Shown: positions 38,738 to 49,987 of the stretch, in pieces
How positions within the stretch are numbered: position 1 is the stretch's first letter
How the letters are laid out: every line of letters begins with the position of its first letter
Source of the DNA: Candidatus Thorarchaeota archaeon SMTZ1-45
Lineage (GTDB): Archaea > Asgardarchaeota > Thorarchaeia > Thorarchaeales > Thorarchaeaceae
Direction: 5' to 3'
Length of the DNA: 64,000 nucleotides
NCBI GenBank assembly: GCA_001563335.1
Contig: LRSL01000117.1
Coordinates: 1 to 64,000 of the forward strand
The notes under the pieces: generated by a model
The model's database searches: none
The model's input: the letters and a program-made list of their open reading frames with translations, nothing else
Told to the model about the DNA's origin: nothing
Position numbers and translations under genes: made by a program

Positions 38738-40963
38738 ATGCTTTCAAAATTCTTGAGGTACTCACTCGACACAGAAACGAGGAAGAAAATGATTGCTGGA
38801 GGTATTGCATCCTCACTTCTAGCCATGAGTCTTGTAGTCACTCTGGGCGTAATTGGTGGTTGGAATTTAGACAGGTATACTCACACAGGTCATCCGAATA
38901 GTCCAATCTTTACCATTGATTACACAGTATCGAATGATTTTGCAGACTATATACCATATTCTGAAGAGTTCACTGTAAATGTGCCTTGGTATACGATTTC
39001 TCCAGGTTTATCTAATGTCATAAATCTCAATGATTTTCCACATCTGACAAGTGATCAACGCTCAATGATTGAGGTAAATGGATTCACAGCCACTCCAAGC
39101 GAGTATAATCAGATATATGAAATCCTCCTGGAGAACAAAGACGAGGACATTCCTAGTTTCGTTAGCTCGGATGCAGTATTGCATGCGTTTCATGTCCTAT
39201 ATGATCTTGCTCTCAGAGAAACTGAAGTGTATACCTTTTGGGACTTGTTAGGAAATCTCACATCATCATTGGTTCACAGCTCATATGTGCAATATGAAGC
39301 TGCACCTGATGGTCGATGGAAGGATGCTGCTTTGAGAAATGTCATGTTCTTCTCAGTAGCTCAATACCTACTGGACAATCAAACAGTCCTTTACCCGGAG
39401 GTAATTAATGAGGTTAATACTGTTCTTTCTCTGATTGCATCCCATTCCGATATTTCTGATGCTTGGTTCCAGAATTATAGAGAGGATTTCAGTCAGTACG
39501 TTCCCCGTGGTCATTATACACGTACTGATAGACTGAAACAATTCTTCATGGCAATGATGTGGTATGGACGCATTGCATTTCGATTACAGCCTGGAACAAC
39601 ACCTCTCGAACAAGAAAAAGGGCTGAATGAAACAGCTCAGGCTGTTTTAATGACTCTCGCTCTTCAAGATGATGTAGAAGGTTTCGTGTCTGGAACCAAA
39701 GGTTACGCTGTTTGGGAGGCAATCTATGAACCAACACGATTCTTTGTTGGTGATGCAGATGATCTACTTCCAAAAGAATATGACCAATTAATTGATGAAG
39801 TATTTGGTACGATTACTTCACTCAACGATCTGGATGATGATATTCTGCTATCCGACTTCATTGATTCTGCGCTTGCACTTCGTCCACCTCGAATTCTCTC
39901 ATCGGTAATTAATGACACTCAGAGTATCATAAGTACAAAAGGTCTAAGATTCATGGGACAACGCTTTGTTCCTGATAGTTATTTCTTGAGTCAGTTGGTC
40001 TACGATAATGTCGGAACACGAATCGTTCCAAGAACTTTACCAAAAGGACTAGATGTCATGGCGTCTCTTGGGTCGAATCGTGCATGGGAATTACTTGATA
40101 ATCAGAAGGACTACTATCGATATATTGATCAAATGGAATTCTTGTGGGACTCAGTTGAGAACATGAGCGCCTCAGAATGGACTCACAATCTATACTATCT
40201 GTGGTTGTATTCTCTACTCCCACTTCTTAATGACCCTGGTGATGGATATCCAATGTTTATGCAGAGTGAAGCTTGGGTGGATAAGCAGCTTATGACTAGC
40301 TTGGCCTCCTGGGCAGAACTCAGACACGACACAATTCTATATGCCAAACAATCCTATACTGTGGTTCCTACCGCAGTAACACCACCAGCAGAAAGGGTCG
40401 TTGGATATGTCGAGCCTGTTCCTCGGGTCTATGGCCGCTTGGCAACATTGTGTGATATGATGATTGAGGGGCTTATCGTTCGTAATATTATGTCGGAACG
40501 ACTTCTTCCTAAATTAAGCCTGCTTCAAAGCTTTCTACTAGATCTCAAAGCAATCTCTGAAAAGGAGCTTTCCGGACAGCTTCTGACTGATGATGAAGTG
40601 TATCTTATAAAGAACAGCGGTCGATACATAGAACAAATTTCATCAATAAGTGATTTTGAAGATCTAACATCAGCGGCTGATGAGCGGATGGCTGTCATTG
40701 CTGATGTACATACATACCCTCACCCTGACAATCCAATAGTTCTTGAAGAAGCTGTAGGAAATCCAATGCTCATCTATGTTGCTGTTGAAATTGAAGGGCG
40801 AATTGTCCTGACTCGTGGAGGTATCTTTTCATACTATGAATTTGAGCAACCTCTGGATAATCGACTCACAGATGAAGCATGGCAAGAGATGATAGATTTG
40901 GGGATAGTCCCCTCAATGCCACTTTGGGTTGGCACCTTCGTTGCAGATAATGAGCTTGGTTAG
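38738..40963 (+). CDS. DUF3160-family extracellular protein
   Basis: DAVLHAFH, DFSQYVPRGHYT, MWYGR, RFMGQRFVPDS, SWAELRHDTILYAKQ, GYVEP, FSYYEF, RLTDEAW. N-terminal TM. Confidence 0.88.
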   Translation: MLSKFLRYSLDTETRKKMIAGGIASSLLAMSLVVTLGVIGGWNLDRYTHTGHPNSPIFTIDYTVSNDFADYIPYSEEFTVNVPWYTISPGLSNVINLNDFPHLTSDQRSMIEVNGFTATPSEYNQIYEILLENKDEDIPSFVSSDAVLHAFHVLYDLALRETEVYTFWDLLGNLTSSLVHSSYVQYEAAPDGRWKDAALRNVMFFSVAQYLLDNQTVLYPEVINEVNTVLSLIASHSDISDAWFQNYREDFSQYVPRGHYTRTDRLKQFFMAMMWYGRIAFRLQPGTTPLEQEKGLNETAQAVLMTLALQDDVEGFVSGTKGYAVWEAIYEPTRFFVGDADDLLPKEYDQLIDEVFGTITSLNDLDDDILLSDFIDSALALRPPRILSSVINDTQSIISTKGLRFMGQRFVPDSYFLSQLVYDNVGTRIVPRTLPKGLDVMASLGSNRAWELLDNQKDYYRYIDQMEFLWDSVENMSASEWTHNLYYLWLYSLLPLLNDPGDGYPMFMQSEAWVDKQLMTSLASWAELRHDTILYAKQSYTVVPTAVTPPAERVVGYVEPVPRVYGRLATLCDMMIEGLIVRNIMSERLLPKLSLLQSFLLDLKAISEKELSGQLLTDDEVYLIKNSGRYIEQISSISDFEDLTSAADERMAVIADVHTYPHPDNPIVLEEAVGNPMLIYVAVEIEGRIVLTRGGIFSYYEFEQPLDNRLTDEAWQEMIDLGIVPSMPLWVGTFVADNELG

Positions 40964-41018
40964 GAATGAAGATCCTTATCGACATCCTTATGATTTGTTG
41001 AACCTGTACTCAAATGAG

Positions 41019-42512
41019 ATGGCATTTGTGAAGACATACTCTCTTGCTATAGCTATCATTGTTTCGCTTCTAGTCTTGCCTATTGTTCTGCAAGAACCGA
41101 CAGATGTGTTTGAAAATCAATCATCAATCATACTGGCTGATGATGTACTTCTTCCCGCTGAGGATTATGTTTGGCAAGAGATCAATGGATTCTGTGCATG
41201 GGCTTCAACCACAATGGCTATGCGGTATGCAGGTGTTGACCTTACAATGTACGATGTCTTCGCTGCATCAACAATTGGTTTTTCCTTTGCATACTTTCGG
41301 TTTGATGATACACTACTCATATTTCCAGGTGCTCTGTATACTCAAGCTGAGCCAACGCAGTTTCTTGCAGACCTATATGGGGTTAATTATACACTCTATG
41401 TTGGTGCTGCGATCCCCAACCTGGAACAGAATGTTCAGGTTTGGGAGAGTGAAGGTATACAGGTTGGCATTCTAGATGACCAAACTGATGCCTTTAATCT
41501 GATGCGACAAACAATTGATCAGGGATATCCACTCCTCATTAGTGTTGATCCTATCTATCTTCCAGCCTTTGATTACAATTACTTCAGAGAAGGAGAACTC
41601 ACTGGTGGCGCTCACGGAGTACTCATTGTAGGTTATAACGATGACGAAACTTCTGTAACTATTCTTGACCCTGGTGTCGGATCCTTCGGAGAGTATTATG
41701 GCTATCCTGACGATGGCCGTGGCAATTACACAACAATTACATATACCGCGCTGATTGATGCATGGTCGAGTAGATACTATATCGCAAGCACGTTTCTACC
41801 AGGTACTCTGCCTTCTATCACTATTGATGAACGACTTGGACCTATGATACGCGACAAACTTCTTGGTGTTGGTTCAATCTATTCTCCCAACAGTCCAAAT
41901 GCATTTATTGGAAAATTCGGAGAAGTAGGATTCCGTCAGATGAGCGAAGACATCACTGCTGATGGACTGAAATCATTTCTGAGTGTCTTTGATGGTGTTG
42001 AAGATGAAATTAGCTTCAAAGCATCACTTCTATATTTCATTGGTTTAGGTCTTGAAGCACAGGTCACTCTTCAATATCTATCATATCGTACTGCATTAGC
42101 CAGTTTACCCGCTTTAATGTCTAATAGAAACCTCACTGATTTTGTAGCAGCGGGTGAAATGTCTCTTCCTGCATTTGCTAATATTGCTGATAACTCCTCA
42201 TTGATCTTCCCTGGAAATATCTCACAAGCAACTGGTTTCATTGCATCTACATTTCTTGAGATAGCTCAATCCTTCAATTCAACCGGTGATATCGATGCCG
42301 CACTTGCTCCATACCAGAACACTCTTGATACACTCTCAAACAATCTCTTAACCATAGCAGACTCATGGCGTGATGCAGGAAATGCCCTTGCAGTAATATG
42401 GCCAAATGATTTCCTCACTCAGTATGGACCTGTACTCGCGTTTGCTGGGGGTGGTGTTGCAGTACTCATTATGGTTGTGATTTGGTGGATGCGTCGTAAG
42501 CCATCACAATAG
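41019..42512 (+). CDS. Secreted, membrane-anchored C39-like/papain-fold peptidase
   Basis: Signal peptide, QEINGFCAWAS (Cys), HGVLIVGY (His), ILDP (Asp) and C-terminal TM plus RRK. Confidence 0.78.
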   Translation: MAFVKTYSLAIAIIVSLLVLPIVLQEPTDVFENQSSIILADDVLLPAEDYVWQEINGFCAWASTTMAMRYAGVDLTMYDVFAASTIGFSFAYFRFDDTLLIFPGALYTQAEPTQFLADLYGVNYTLYVGAAIPNLEQNVQVWESEGIQVGILDDQTDAFNLMRQTIDQGYPLLISVDPIYLPAFDYNYFREGELTGGAHGVLIVGYNDDETSVTILDPGVGSFGEYYGYPDDGRGNYTTITYTALIDAWSSRYYIASTFLPGTLPSITIDERLGPMIRDKLLGVGSIYSPNSPNAFIGKFGEVGFRQMSEDITADGLKSFLSVFDGVEDEISFKASLLYFIGLGLEAQVTLQYLSYRTALASLPALMSNRNLTDFVAAGEMSLPAFANIADNSSLIFPGNISQATGFIASTFLEIAQSFNSTGDIDAALAPYQNTLDTLSNNLLTIADSWRDAGNALAVIWPNDFLTQYGPVLAFAGGGVAVLIMVVIWWMRRKPSQ

Positions 42513-42520
42513 TTGATGAG

Positions 42521-44620
42521 TCACACAATCTCAATTCCTAACATCTTCAGGAGTTGTTTGGTATCGTTTGTCGGTAACTTGCAATTGTAATCAATACATA
42601 CATGAGCAGTTGCCTTTCCACCAACTGCATCGTGGAACCTAGTAAACGGAGCAAGTCGGGTGATTGCTTTAGACTGATGCTCGGTCCCCTTTAACATAAT
42701 CACTTTGTTAGGAATGTATTGTGCTCGAATCGAACTCAGCAACTTCTGTGTATCTGACTTTTCTGGATCTCCTGCTATGACAATTTCATACGATTGACCT
42801 TGAGCGAATTCCAAGGCGGTCAGCATCATTGAGAAACCGGATGGTGCTCGAGCAAAGAAACCAGAGAATGCTCTGATTGTCGTAGCTGCTTTCTCTTCTA
42901 GATCCGAGTTTCCGAGAAAACGTGCGAGACGAACAAGATTCAAAGACGCTACTGAATTCCCAGAAGGCATCGCACCGTCATAGGCATCCTTCTTTCTCAC
43001 TAGCAGCTCTTCAGAATTGTTACTTGTGAAGAATAATCCTCCTTCTTTATCATCCCAGAAATTCTCTATCATTTCAAAGGTCAGATCTTTTGCCTTTTCC
43101 AAATAGTCTGGCTTGAACGTGGCTTCATATGACTCCAATAGTGCCCAGACCAGATACGCATAATCATCAAGAAATGCACCTATTGCCACCTCTCCATCTT
43201 TATATCTGTGGAATAGACCTTGATTTTCATTGTACATTGTTTCAAGAATGAATTTGAGTGCTCCTTCAGCAGCTACAATAAATCTAGAATCATTTATGAT
43301 GACACTAGCTTTCGATAAAGCAGCAATCATAAATCCGTTCCAATCCGTGAGGATTTTGTCATCTTTACTGGGTTTAACTCTCTTTTCCCTATGTATGAAC
43401 AGTTTTGCTCTAGCCTCTTCAAGTGTGGTGACGACAGTTTCTGATTCCACACTCAACTCTTCTGCAATTACTTCTATTGAGTCTGTCAGATGTGGGATGT
43501 TCAGTCCAGTCCTCTTTCGTGTTGCCTCGTCTTCGAAGTTGCCTTCCATGTTTATGTTGAATGAGCGTAAGAAAATCGTTGCTTCATCATCATCCAATAC
43601 GTCTTCTATTTCACTCTGAGTCCAAGTGTAGAATTTTCCTTCTTCTCCTTCTGAATCCGCATCTTCCGCTGAGTAGAACGCTCCTTCCGCACTCGTCATG
43701 TTTCTTCTTATATACTCGAAGATTTCTCTCACTACATCCGCATATCCTTCCTTTTTCGTAATCTGATATGCCTCTGTATACGCCATCATTAGACTTGCTT
43801 GATCATAAATCATCTTCTCAAAGTGTGGAAGAAGCCATTTAGCATCAGTTGAATATCTATGAAATCCATATCCGATATGGTCATACAGTCCTCCCTTACG
43901 CATCTCTTGCAAAGTCTTCTCAACAATATGAAGCGCCTGCTCATCACCTGTTCTCTTCCAATACCGAAGTATCAGCAAGAGGTTGTGAGGAGAAGGGAAC
44001 TTTGGTGCTGAACCAAATCCACCCCTCTCTTCATCAAATCGCTTTGATAATTGCGAGAATGCATCATCAATAGCAGAGAGTGTGAGATCATCCATTATCC
44101 CAGTTCCGCTAGATTCAGCAAGTCCACTTTCAATTCGATTAATTACATCATTGATATTGGCTTTGTCAGTTTCCCATATCTTTCGGATTCGAGGGATGAG
44201 CTCCTTCATTCCAAGCATACCATAACGACTCTCCTTGGGAATGTAGGTTGCTGCATAGAATGGTTTCTTGTCTGGAGTCATGATGATTGTAAGAGGCCAA
44301 CCACCTCTGCCTGTAATCATTTGAGCCACTTCCATATAGACTCCATCAATGTCAGGACGCTCCTCCCGATCAACCTTGATGTTAATGAATGCCTCATTCA
44401 TCAATCTGGCAACTTCGACGTCCTCAAATGACTCATGGGCCATGACATGGCACCAATGACATGTACTGTACCCTATGGATAGAAAGATAGGCTTGTTTTC
44501 TCTGGTTGCAGCTTCAAAGGCCTTGTCCCCCCATGAATACCAATCAACAGGGTTCTTCGCATGTTGAAGCAAATATGGACTCTTCTCTTTGGCTAATCGG
44601 TTTCTTGTCATTGCTACCAC
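42521..44620 (-). CDS. YyaL/SPATA20-like thioredoxin-domain plus alpha/alpha-barrel protein
   Basis: [53 protein letters not shown]. Confidence 0.93.
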   Translation of the reverse strand: MVAMTRNRLAKEKSPYLLQHAKNPVDWYSWGDKAFEAATRENKPIFLSIGYSTCHWCHVMAHESFEDVEVARLMNEAFINIKVDREERPDIDGVYMEVAQMITGRGGWPLTIIMTPDKKPFYAATYIPKESRYGMLGMKELIPRIRKIWETDKANINDVINRIESGLAESSGTGIMDDLTLSAIDDAFSQLSKRFDEERGGFGSAPKFPSPHNLLLILRYWKRTGDEQALHIVEKTLQEMRKGGLYDHIGYGFHRYSTDAKWLLPHFEKMIYDQASLMMAYTEAYQITKKEGYADVVREIFEYIRRNMTSAEGAFYSAEDADSEGEEGKFYTWTQSEIEDVLDDDEATIFLRSFNINMEGNFEDEATRKRTGLNIPHLTDSIEVIAEELSVESETVVTTLEEARAKLFIHREKRVKPSKDDKILTDWNGFMIAALSKASVIINDSRFIVAAEGALKFILETMYNENQGLFHRYKDGEVAIGAFLDDYAYLVWALLESYEATFKPDYLEKAKDLTFEMIENFWDDKEGGLFFTSNNSEELLVRKKDAYDGAMPSGNSVASLNLVRLARFLGNSDLEEKAATTIRAFSGFFARAPSGFSMMLTALEFAQGQSYEIVIAGDPEKSDTQKLLSSIRAQYIPNKVIMLKGTEHQSKAITRLAPFTRFHDAVGGKATAHVCIDYNCKLPTNDTKQLLKMLGIEIV

Positions 44621-44742
44621 TCAATTAGTTATTTAACTATTGTTACTTCTATTTATCTTTCTCTTTATAGAACTTGCGGAATTGGAACGAGAATTTACTT
44701 AGAACTAATTATAGATAAACAAACAAGAATATCATCAGAGTC

Positions 44743-45426
44743 GTGAGGATGGTGAGCTCGGTCGAACTAGTAGAAGAACCCCACGAAAATAGTCGACTTC
44801 AACGACTAAAACTGAGAATAGTAAGTCTAGTTGGCTATGTAATACCATTTCTTGCATCTATTCCTCCCATGTTTGGTTGGGCTGGGTTGATGACCGTTCC
44901 TCTCATTTTCTTCATAATCGTTATGGGTGGTCGATTTCCTGAGCTGCCAGTGTCAATTCCCTATCTCTTCTTAGGCGGAACCATTTTGGATGCATTTGTG
45001 GTCATTCTGGGGCTTGTTATTCTACTACTTTCAATTGTAGTTCTATGGAGAAACAAATCGAAAGGACTTGTCACACACAATCTATACAGAATCGTCAGAC
45101 ATCCTCAATACCTCGGTTTGATCCTATTCACAGCTGGACTTACAAGTCGAAGTGTATGGATTCTAATGCATACATTTGGTGTAGGTTGGTTAAATGTCCA
45201 AGAAACAATCATGGTCTGGATAGTAATGGTTGCTGTTTACATTTGTCTTGCATCAATTGAGGAGCTCCATTTATCAAGAACATTTAGTGATTCGTGGTCA
45301 GAATATAGAAAACGCGTGGGGTTCTTTATTCCATCTCCTGTAAGGTTGCCACGAGCTGTTGAGATTGTGTTGGCAATTGCTATTCCAATCATTCTTCTTT
45401 ATGGACTAATTTTCTTCAGCTTATGA
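44743..45426 (+). CDS. Isoprenylcysteine carboxyl methyltransferase / PEMT-like membrane methyltransferase
   Basis: LVTHNLYRIVRHPQYLG, IEE..L, Y...V..FIP. Confidence 0.82.
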   Translation: MRMVSSVELVEEPHENSRLQRLKLRIVSLVGYVIPFLASIPPMFGWAGLMTVPLIFFIIVMGGRFPELPVSIPYLFLGGTILDAFVVILGLVILLLSIVVLWRNKSKGLVTHNLYRIVRHPQYLGLILFTAGLTSRSVWILMHTFGVGWLNVQETIMVWIVMVAVYICLASIEELHLSRTFSDSWSEYRKRVGFFIPSPVRLPRAVEIVLAIAIPIILLYGLIFFSL

Positions 45427-45446
45427 TATTACAAGATCGTTGCAGA

Positions 45447-46382
45447 TTAAACTGCTACAAGTTTTCCATTTTCTTCCTCAATAAGACCATTTCCTAACAA
45501 TGAGGCTACATGATGTTCAATCATCCAGGTTTCAAACTGCAAAAAAACTGGATTTGTCAGTGAAGGATAAATGATTGGATTTGCTGTGATCTCAGGAATT
45601 GTTTTTGCACCTTCAAGAATAGCTGATAACACAAGGTCTTCTCGCATTCCTATTTGTCTGGAATAAGCAGTTAATCGATCTTTGTAGTCGAGAACAAGCG
45701 GGTCCTTCAGGTGCCCACTTATAATGCCATCATAACTACCATATCGAAGTTTCCTGATTGAACTCTCGAAATCTGATATTGATGAATTAGGATGACCGTA
45801 ATAAGGTCCGAATTCTGTAAGATCGATATCCGAAGTAAAAACAAGATTTGGTTCAAGAAGCTCGATACACATGTGGTCTGGAAGATGACCTGGCGTATAG
45901 AGGGTTCTTAGTGTGACTTCTCCTAAGTTGAATTTGTCACCATCGCATAACACCTCATCCACTCTTCCTTCATCTAGTGCCCCATACATCCTTTCATCCA
46001 CGAACCGTTCCCATAGTTTTCGAACAGGATTGCCCTTATCAAAACCAAGGAACCGTTTCATTTCCTCCTTGTTGTTGAACAAAGGTGCTGTGATTTCATT
46101 AGCTGCAATTCTGCAATTGGAGAGTCGGTTAAGTCTCATCGCATGAGTGATATGATCCGGGTGAATGTGACTAAGAATAATTGTCCCGATGTCCTTTAGC
46201 TGGATATCTTGAGTCATTAGAAATCTACGAAGGTCCTCTACTACGCAACCTGGATCAATAATGACAATCTCATCTGCAATGATTACGACTGTGTTGCACT
46301 TTGGAAAAGCGCCTCCAATGACCACATACATATTGTCAGCTAGTTTGGAATATGACATTCTTCCTCGTCCTCGTCCTGACAA
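45447..46382 (-). CDS. MBL-fold metallohydrolase with C-terminal wHTH-like extension
   Basis: SHIHPDH, TPGH, SD, SGH. Confidence 0.88.
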   Translation of the reverse strand: MSGRGRGRMSYSKLADNMYVVIGGAFPKCNTVVIIADEIVIIDPGCVVEDLRRFLMTQDIQLKDIGTIILSHIHPDHITHAMRLNRLSNCRIAANEITAPLFNNKEEMKRFLGFDKGNPVRKLWERFVDERMYGALDEGRVDEVLCDGDKFNLGEVTLRTLYTPGHLPDHMCIELLEPNLVFTSDIDLTEFGPYYGHPNSSISDFESSIRKLRYGSYDGIISGHLKDPLVLDYKDRLTAYSRQIGMREDLVLSAILEGAKTIPEITANPIIYPSLTNPVFLQFETWMIEHHVASLLGNGLIEEENGKLVAV

Positions 46383-46438
46383 AGTGAAATAGTCAGATAT
46401 CCAAAATGTTTGGATAATCTGTAAACTAATCGGAAGAC

Positions 46439-46828
46439 CTACATTCCTGTTGGTCTAACCTTCATTTCTGCTTCAGCGCGTCTTGCATTTCGCCATGTAC
46501 CTAGAGAGCTATACATTACTGGAAATGCAAATGCCAACACAAGGAACAGGAGTAACATTACATTTACAACATCAACCCTCTGAGGTCCAAGAGGGGATGC
46601 CAACGCATCTAACCATAATCCTGTCATTAGGAATAATGATGCAGGAATCATTAAAATGAACAGCAAGAAGAACGTAAAGAATGCTCTCCCTGGAGAATGC
46701 TGAATAAACCTCGCAAAACCTCCCAGAAAGCGGTGTTTTTGCCACCTGATACCTTCATGGACAATCCAAAAGAGGAAAAATACAACTAGTATGATGACGA
46801 ATGGGATTAGCAAGATCTCTGTCCACAT
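46439..46828 (-). CDS. Hypothetical 3-TM membrane protein
   Basis: Three hydrophobic helices. AGGAG RBS. Confidence 0.7.
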   Translation of the reverse strand: MWTEILLIPFVIILVVFFLFWIVHEGIRWQKHRFLGGFARFIQHSPGRAFFTFFLLFILMIPASLFLMTGLWLDALASPLGPQRVDVVNVMLLLFLVLAFAFPVMYSSLGTWRNARRAEAEMKVRPTGM

Positions 46829-46921
46829 AATAGGGTACTCCCTATGTGTATGTTCCCTTCCCCGTCAGGTTGTCCCTATAAACGCTACGGTTAATGTAGA
46901 ATGTTCCTATATGAACTTGTT

Positions 46922-48595
46922 TCAACGAGCTTTGAATCGAAACTGCTTTTCATAGAGTTGTTTCAATTCATCTAATGTCATTGCATCTATTGGTCCCTTG
47001 TCCTCTCGAATTCGGTTTATCCTAGCAAATCGTAATGCCATTCCAGACACATAAGTTGGGCTCTCTTGAATTTCTGAAGCGATAACTTCAACCACAATCT
47101 CAGGTTTTACTTCCACAATATGCCTATGAGATTCAACCTTTAACTCCAATAGCTTCTGAGTTATCTCCTGAAATTCCTTGTCAGTAAATCCTTTGTAGGT
47201 CTTTCCTACAACAAGGAACTCACCAGACTCATCATCCCTCACTGCAAGATGATAGTCAGAGAGCCAATCCTTACGTCTTCCATGTCCCCATTCTGCTGCA
47301 ACAATAACTAAGTCTAGAGTGTCTAGGGTATGTTTTATTTTGAACCAGTATTTTCCACGTATACCTGGAGTATATGGTGAATCTAATTCCTTTGCGACCA
47401 AACCTTCATGTCCAAGTTTCTTACTCTTCTTAAAGAAGGTCTGAACAGTTGCAACATCATTGGTAACAATTCGTTCAACCAACATTTCTATGGGCATTAT
47501 CTCTTCCAGTTTGTTTCTTCTTTCAAAATAAGGTCTATCTACAAGTTGAACATCTTCTATTAGTATCACATCAAAAAGAACAAGCAGAAGACGAGTATCT
47601 TTGAAAGCCTCTTCAATATCACGAGTTCGACCAAACCTTTTCATTACTGCTTGAAAGGGGAATGGTTTGCCTTCACTATCAACTGCAAGCACTTCCCCAT
47701 CAAGAATTATCTTGTTTGCCTTAGTCTTCTTTCGAACAACACTTACGATTTCAGGAAGACTCTCTGTCACATCACTTAATCTTCTTGAGAATATTCGAAC
47801 TTCATTTCTTTCCTTGTGTATCTGGACTCTTGCTCCATCTAATTTGAGTTCAAATGAATACTCTTTTGGTTGATTTTCAAACAACGTTTCAATGTCTTGA
47901 ACTGGACTAGCTAACATAGGTTTGATTCCACGCATTAATTGAACAGAAATTACCTGTAATGCTTTTGCTCCCCCTACTGATGCGAGTCTTGCCACTTCCC
48001 CCAGATTGCCATTAAAGCTCCACGCTCTCCTGACAAGCGCTGCATCTATATCGAATCCGACTGAGATGGCATCAGCCAGTAGTCCTTCTGAAAGTCCTGT
48101 TCGCATATCCTCAAGCACTATTGCGGTCAAATATCTTGCTTCTCTCGGTGATGCCTCCATCAGTAAGCTAGTTAGTAGAGACTGTTTTTCCTTAAGAGAA
48201 CCTCTGCCTTGAGCATTAGCAATTTTATCAAAGGTCTGACTGACAGATGCAAGTGATAGTGGTTCAGAGAATAGTGTTGACTGACGTGACTTTTTCGAGG
48301 TAGTTAGGATTTTTGCAACTGCCTCACCTGTATCCCCCTCGTAAGCTTGAGAGAGTGCTTTGTCATTAATATCTACAACACTCTTCAATGCATTAAGCAA
48401 TCCTCTCCATGATATGTTGAGAGTGCGTTGATCACTCTCCGCAAACACTTTTCCACTCAAGAAGAGTGCAGCTATACTCACCTCCTCTGATTGCAGCCTA
48501 CGAAGGAATTTTCCTACTAGGTTTATTTTCTCAGTCCTTTTGCGGGTTCTACTTACTTTATCAAGTACATCCGCAAGATAGACAAATTCTGTCAT
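46922..48595 (-). CDS. lig: ATP-dependent DNA ligase
   Basis: PMLA, ELKLDGARVQIH, FSRR, ILDGE, FD, EGLVAK, WFKIK, DLV, LRFARI. Confidence 0.96.
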   Translation of the reverse strand: MTEFVYLADVLDKVSRTRKRTEKINLVGKFLRRLQSEEVSIAALFLSGKVFAESDQRTLNISWRGLLNALKSVVDINDKALSQAYEGDTGEAVAKILTTSKKSRQSTLFSEPLSLASVSQTFDKIANAQGRGSLKEKQSLLTSLLMEASPREARYLTAIVLEDMRTGLSEGLLADAISVGFDIDAALVRRAWSFNGNLGEVARLASVGGAKALQVISVQLMRGIKPMLASPVQDIETLFENQPKEYSFELKLDGARVQIHKERNEVRIFSRRLSDVTESLPEIVSVVRKKTKANKIILDGEVLAVDSEGKPFPFQAVMKRFGRTRDIEEAFKDTRLLLVLFDVILIEDVQLVDRPYFERRNKLEEIMPIEMLVERIVTNDVATVQTFFKKSKKLGHEGLVAKELDSPYTPGIRGKYWFKIKHTLDTLDLVIVAAEWGHGRRKDWLSDYHLAVRDDESGEFLVVGKTYKGFTDKEFQEITQKLLELKVESHRHIVEVKPEIVVEVIASEIQESPTYVSGMALRFARINRIREDKGPIDAMTLDELKQLYEKQFRFKAR

Positions 48596-48676
48596 TTTTG
48601 TTGCACCACAATCTCCAATTACATAGTTCGTTACATCTATATTCTGTGACAAATGTTTAGACTTTGGTTGAAATCG

Positions 48677-49264
48677 ATGGGTAGTATTTGGTTTAGCAAG
48701 AAAGCATTTCTCTACTTCGGTGGAGCTGCAATCATATTGATTGGTGGAGCAATAGTGTTAATGGCTCCATATCATTACGTTAACTACGCAGTTATTGAAA
48801 ATGACCACCGATCATTCTCAATATGGGACAGTGAAGGATACTACCCACAGCTTGAAGTTTCAGTGCAATTAAGGGTTTCAAATTCCACTACAGTTGAAAT
48901 CGGAATTATTTTAATTGAAAATACCACTCTTGATGTGGTACTAGTTAATTTGACTCTAGATCAAGATAATATTATAGAAACCCCTGATGCATTATTTCTA
49001 CAAGGTAGTACTATTGTTGATATCCCATTCGGTAATTATACAGCAATCATTGATCAAATCAATGGAGCAGGAATGATTGATCTTGGCTTCAACCAAGTAA
49101 GTAACTCACGATTATTCATTATTGCTGGAGGGTCAATGAATATTATCGGTTTAATTATGGGAATATCTGGATACTTCGTTCCCGGTACATTCTTGCCTAC
49201 TGATACTGATACAATTGTTGAGTGGGGATATGAGGAACAAGAAGAAGTAGATTCTTCTCGATGA
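48677..49264 (+). CDS. Hypothetical membrane protein (two TM helices flanking a beta domain)
   Basis: Hydrophobic segments at both ends. Confidence 0.7.
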   Translation: MGSIWFSKKAFLYFGGAAIILIGGAIVLMAPYHYVNYAVIENDHRSFSIWDSEGYYPQLEVSVQLRVSNSTTVEIGIILIENTTLDVVLVNLTLDQDNIIETPDALFLQGSTIVDIPFGNYTAIIDQINGAGMIDLGFNQVSNSRLFIIAGGSMNIIGLIMGISGYFVPGTFLPTDTDTIVEWGYEEQEEVDSSR

Positions 49265-49377
49265 GTAGAATTGTGATTTGACGGTAGATTTTCTACCCGA
49301 GTAAGTGTTACGCTAGAATAGTCCACGTAGTACACAGGCTCTTCTATAATTTATAGACTGTCTTCTTGTTGAGCGCA

Positions 49378-49611
49378 ATGGAAACTGAAGAGATGAAATG
49401 GTTACTGAAAGGGAAGATTGTGACTGACTTCAGGGGTTTCCCATTAGGTAGAGTCAAAAAAGTCTGGTTTGATGAAGAAAACGGGCCTCTTGTAATCGTT
49501 GAACGTGAGGACAAATTTGATGAAAAGCAGTCTTGGGAAGCAATTCCACTGAGGGCTGTTGATTCTGTTTCAGAACATGTTCGTCTTAAACCACCAGCCC
49601 TTGCGGAATGA
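49378..49611 (+). CDS. PRC-barrel domain protein
   Basis: LKGKIVTDFRGFPLGRVKKVWFD...IPLRAVDSVSEHVRL matches the PRC-barrel pattern. Confidence 0.75.
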   Translation: METEEMKWLLKGKIVTDFRGFPLGRVKKVWFDEENGPLVIVEREDKFDEKQSWEAIPLRAVDSVSEHVRLKPPALAE

Positions 49612-49651
49612 TGTTAATACATGTGTGAAAACAACTTTGGAGTCCAAGTAT

Positions 49652-49987
49652 ATGATTCAGAAAAATAAAGTAGTGACTCGCGCTAATCAGCAATCAATCT
49701 CCAGTGAGTCTGATTCATTGAAGATAAATGTCTTCACAAGTTCTTCTTGCACTTTTTGCAATGATGCACTTACTGCTGCAAAAAAAGTTGCTAAGAAATT
49801 CCATCACTTTGATTTCCCTATTGAGGTAATAGAAACCTCAGTTGAAGAACAACCAGAGATAATCGAAGCTCTCAATGTTGTAGCTCTGCCTTTGATTCGT
49901 ATTGGTGGTGCGCAAATTATTGGCCTACCAACAGTAGAGGAAATTGAATTAATGCTACACCGGAATGTCGTATCTGGCAAAGACTAG
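49652..49987 (+). CDS. Thioredoxin-fold protein
   Basis: VFTSSSCTFC, VVALP (cis-Pro), IIGLP. Start uncertain. Confidence 0.78.
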   Translation: MIQKNKVVTRANQQSISSESDSLKINVFTSSSCTFCNDALTAAKKVAKKFHHFDFPIEVIETSVEEQPEIIEALNVVALPLIRIGGAQIIGLPTVEEIELMLHRNVVSGKD

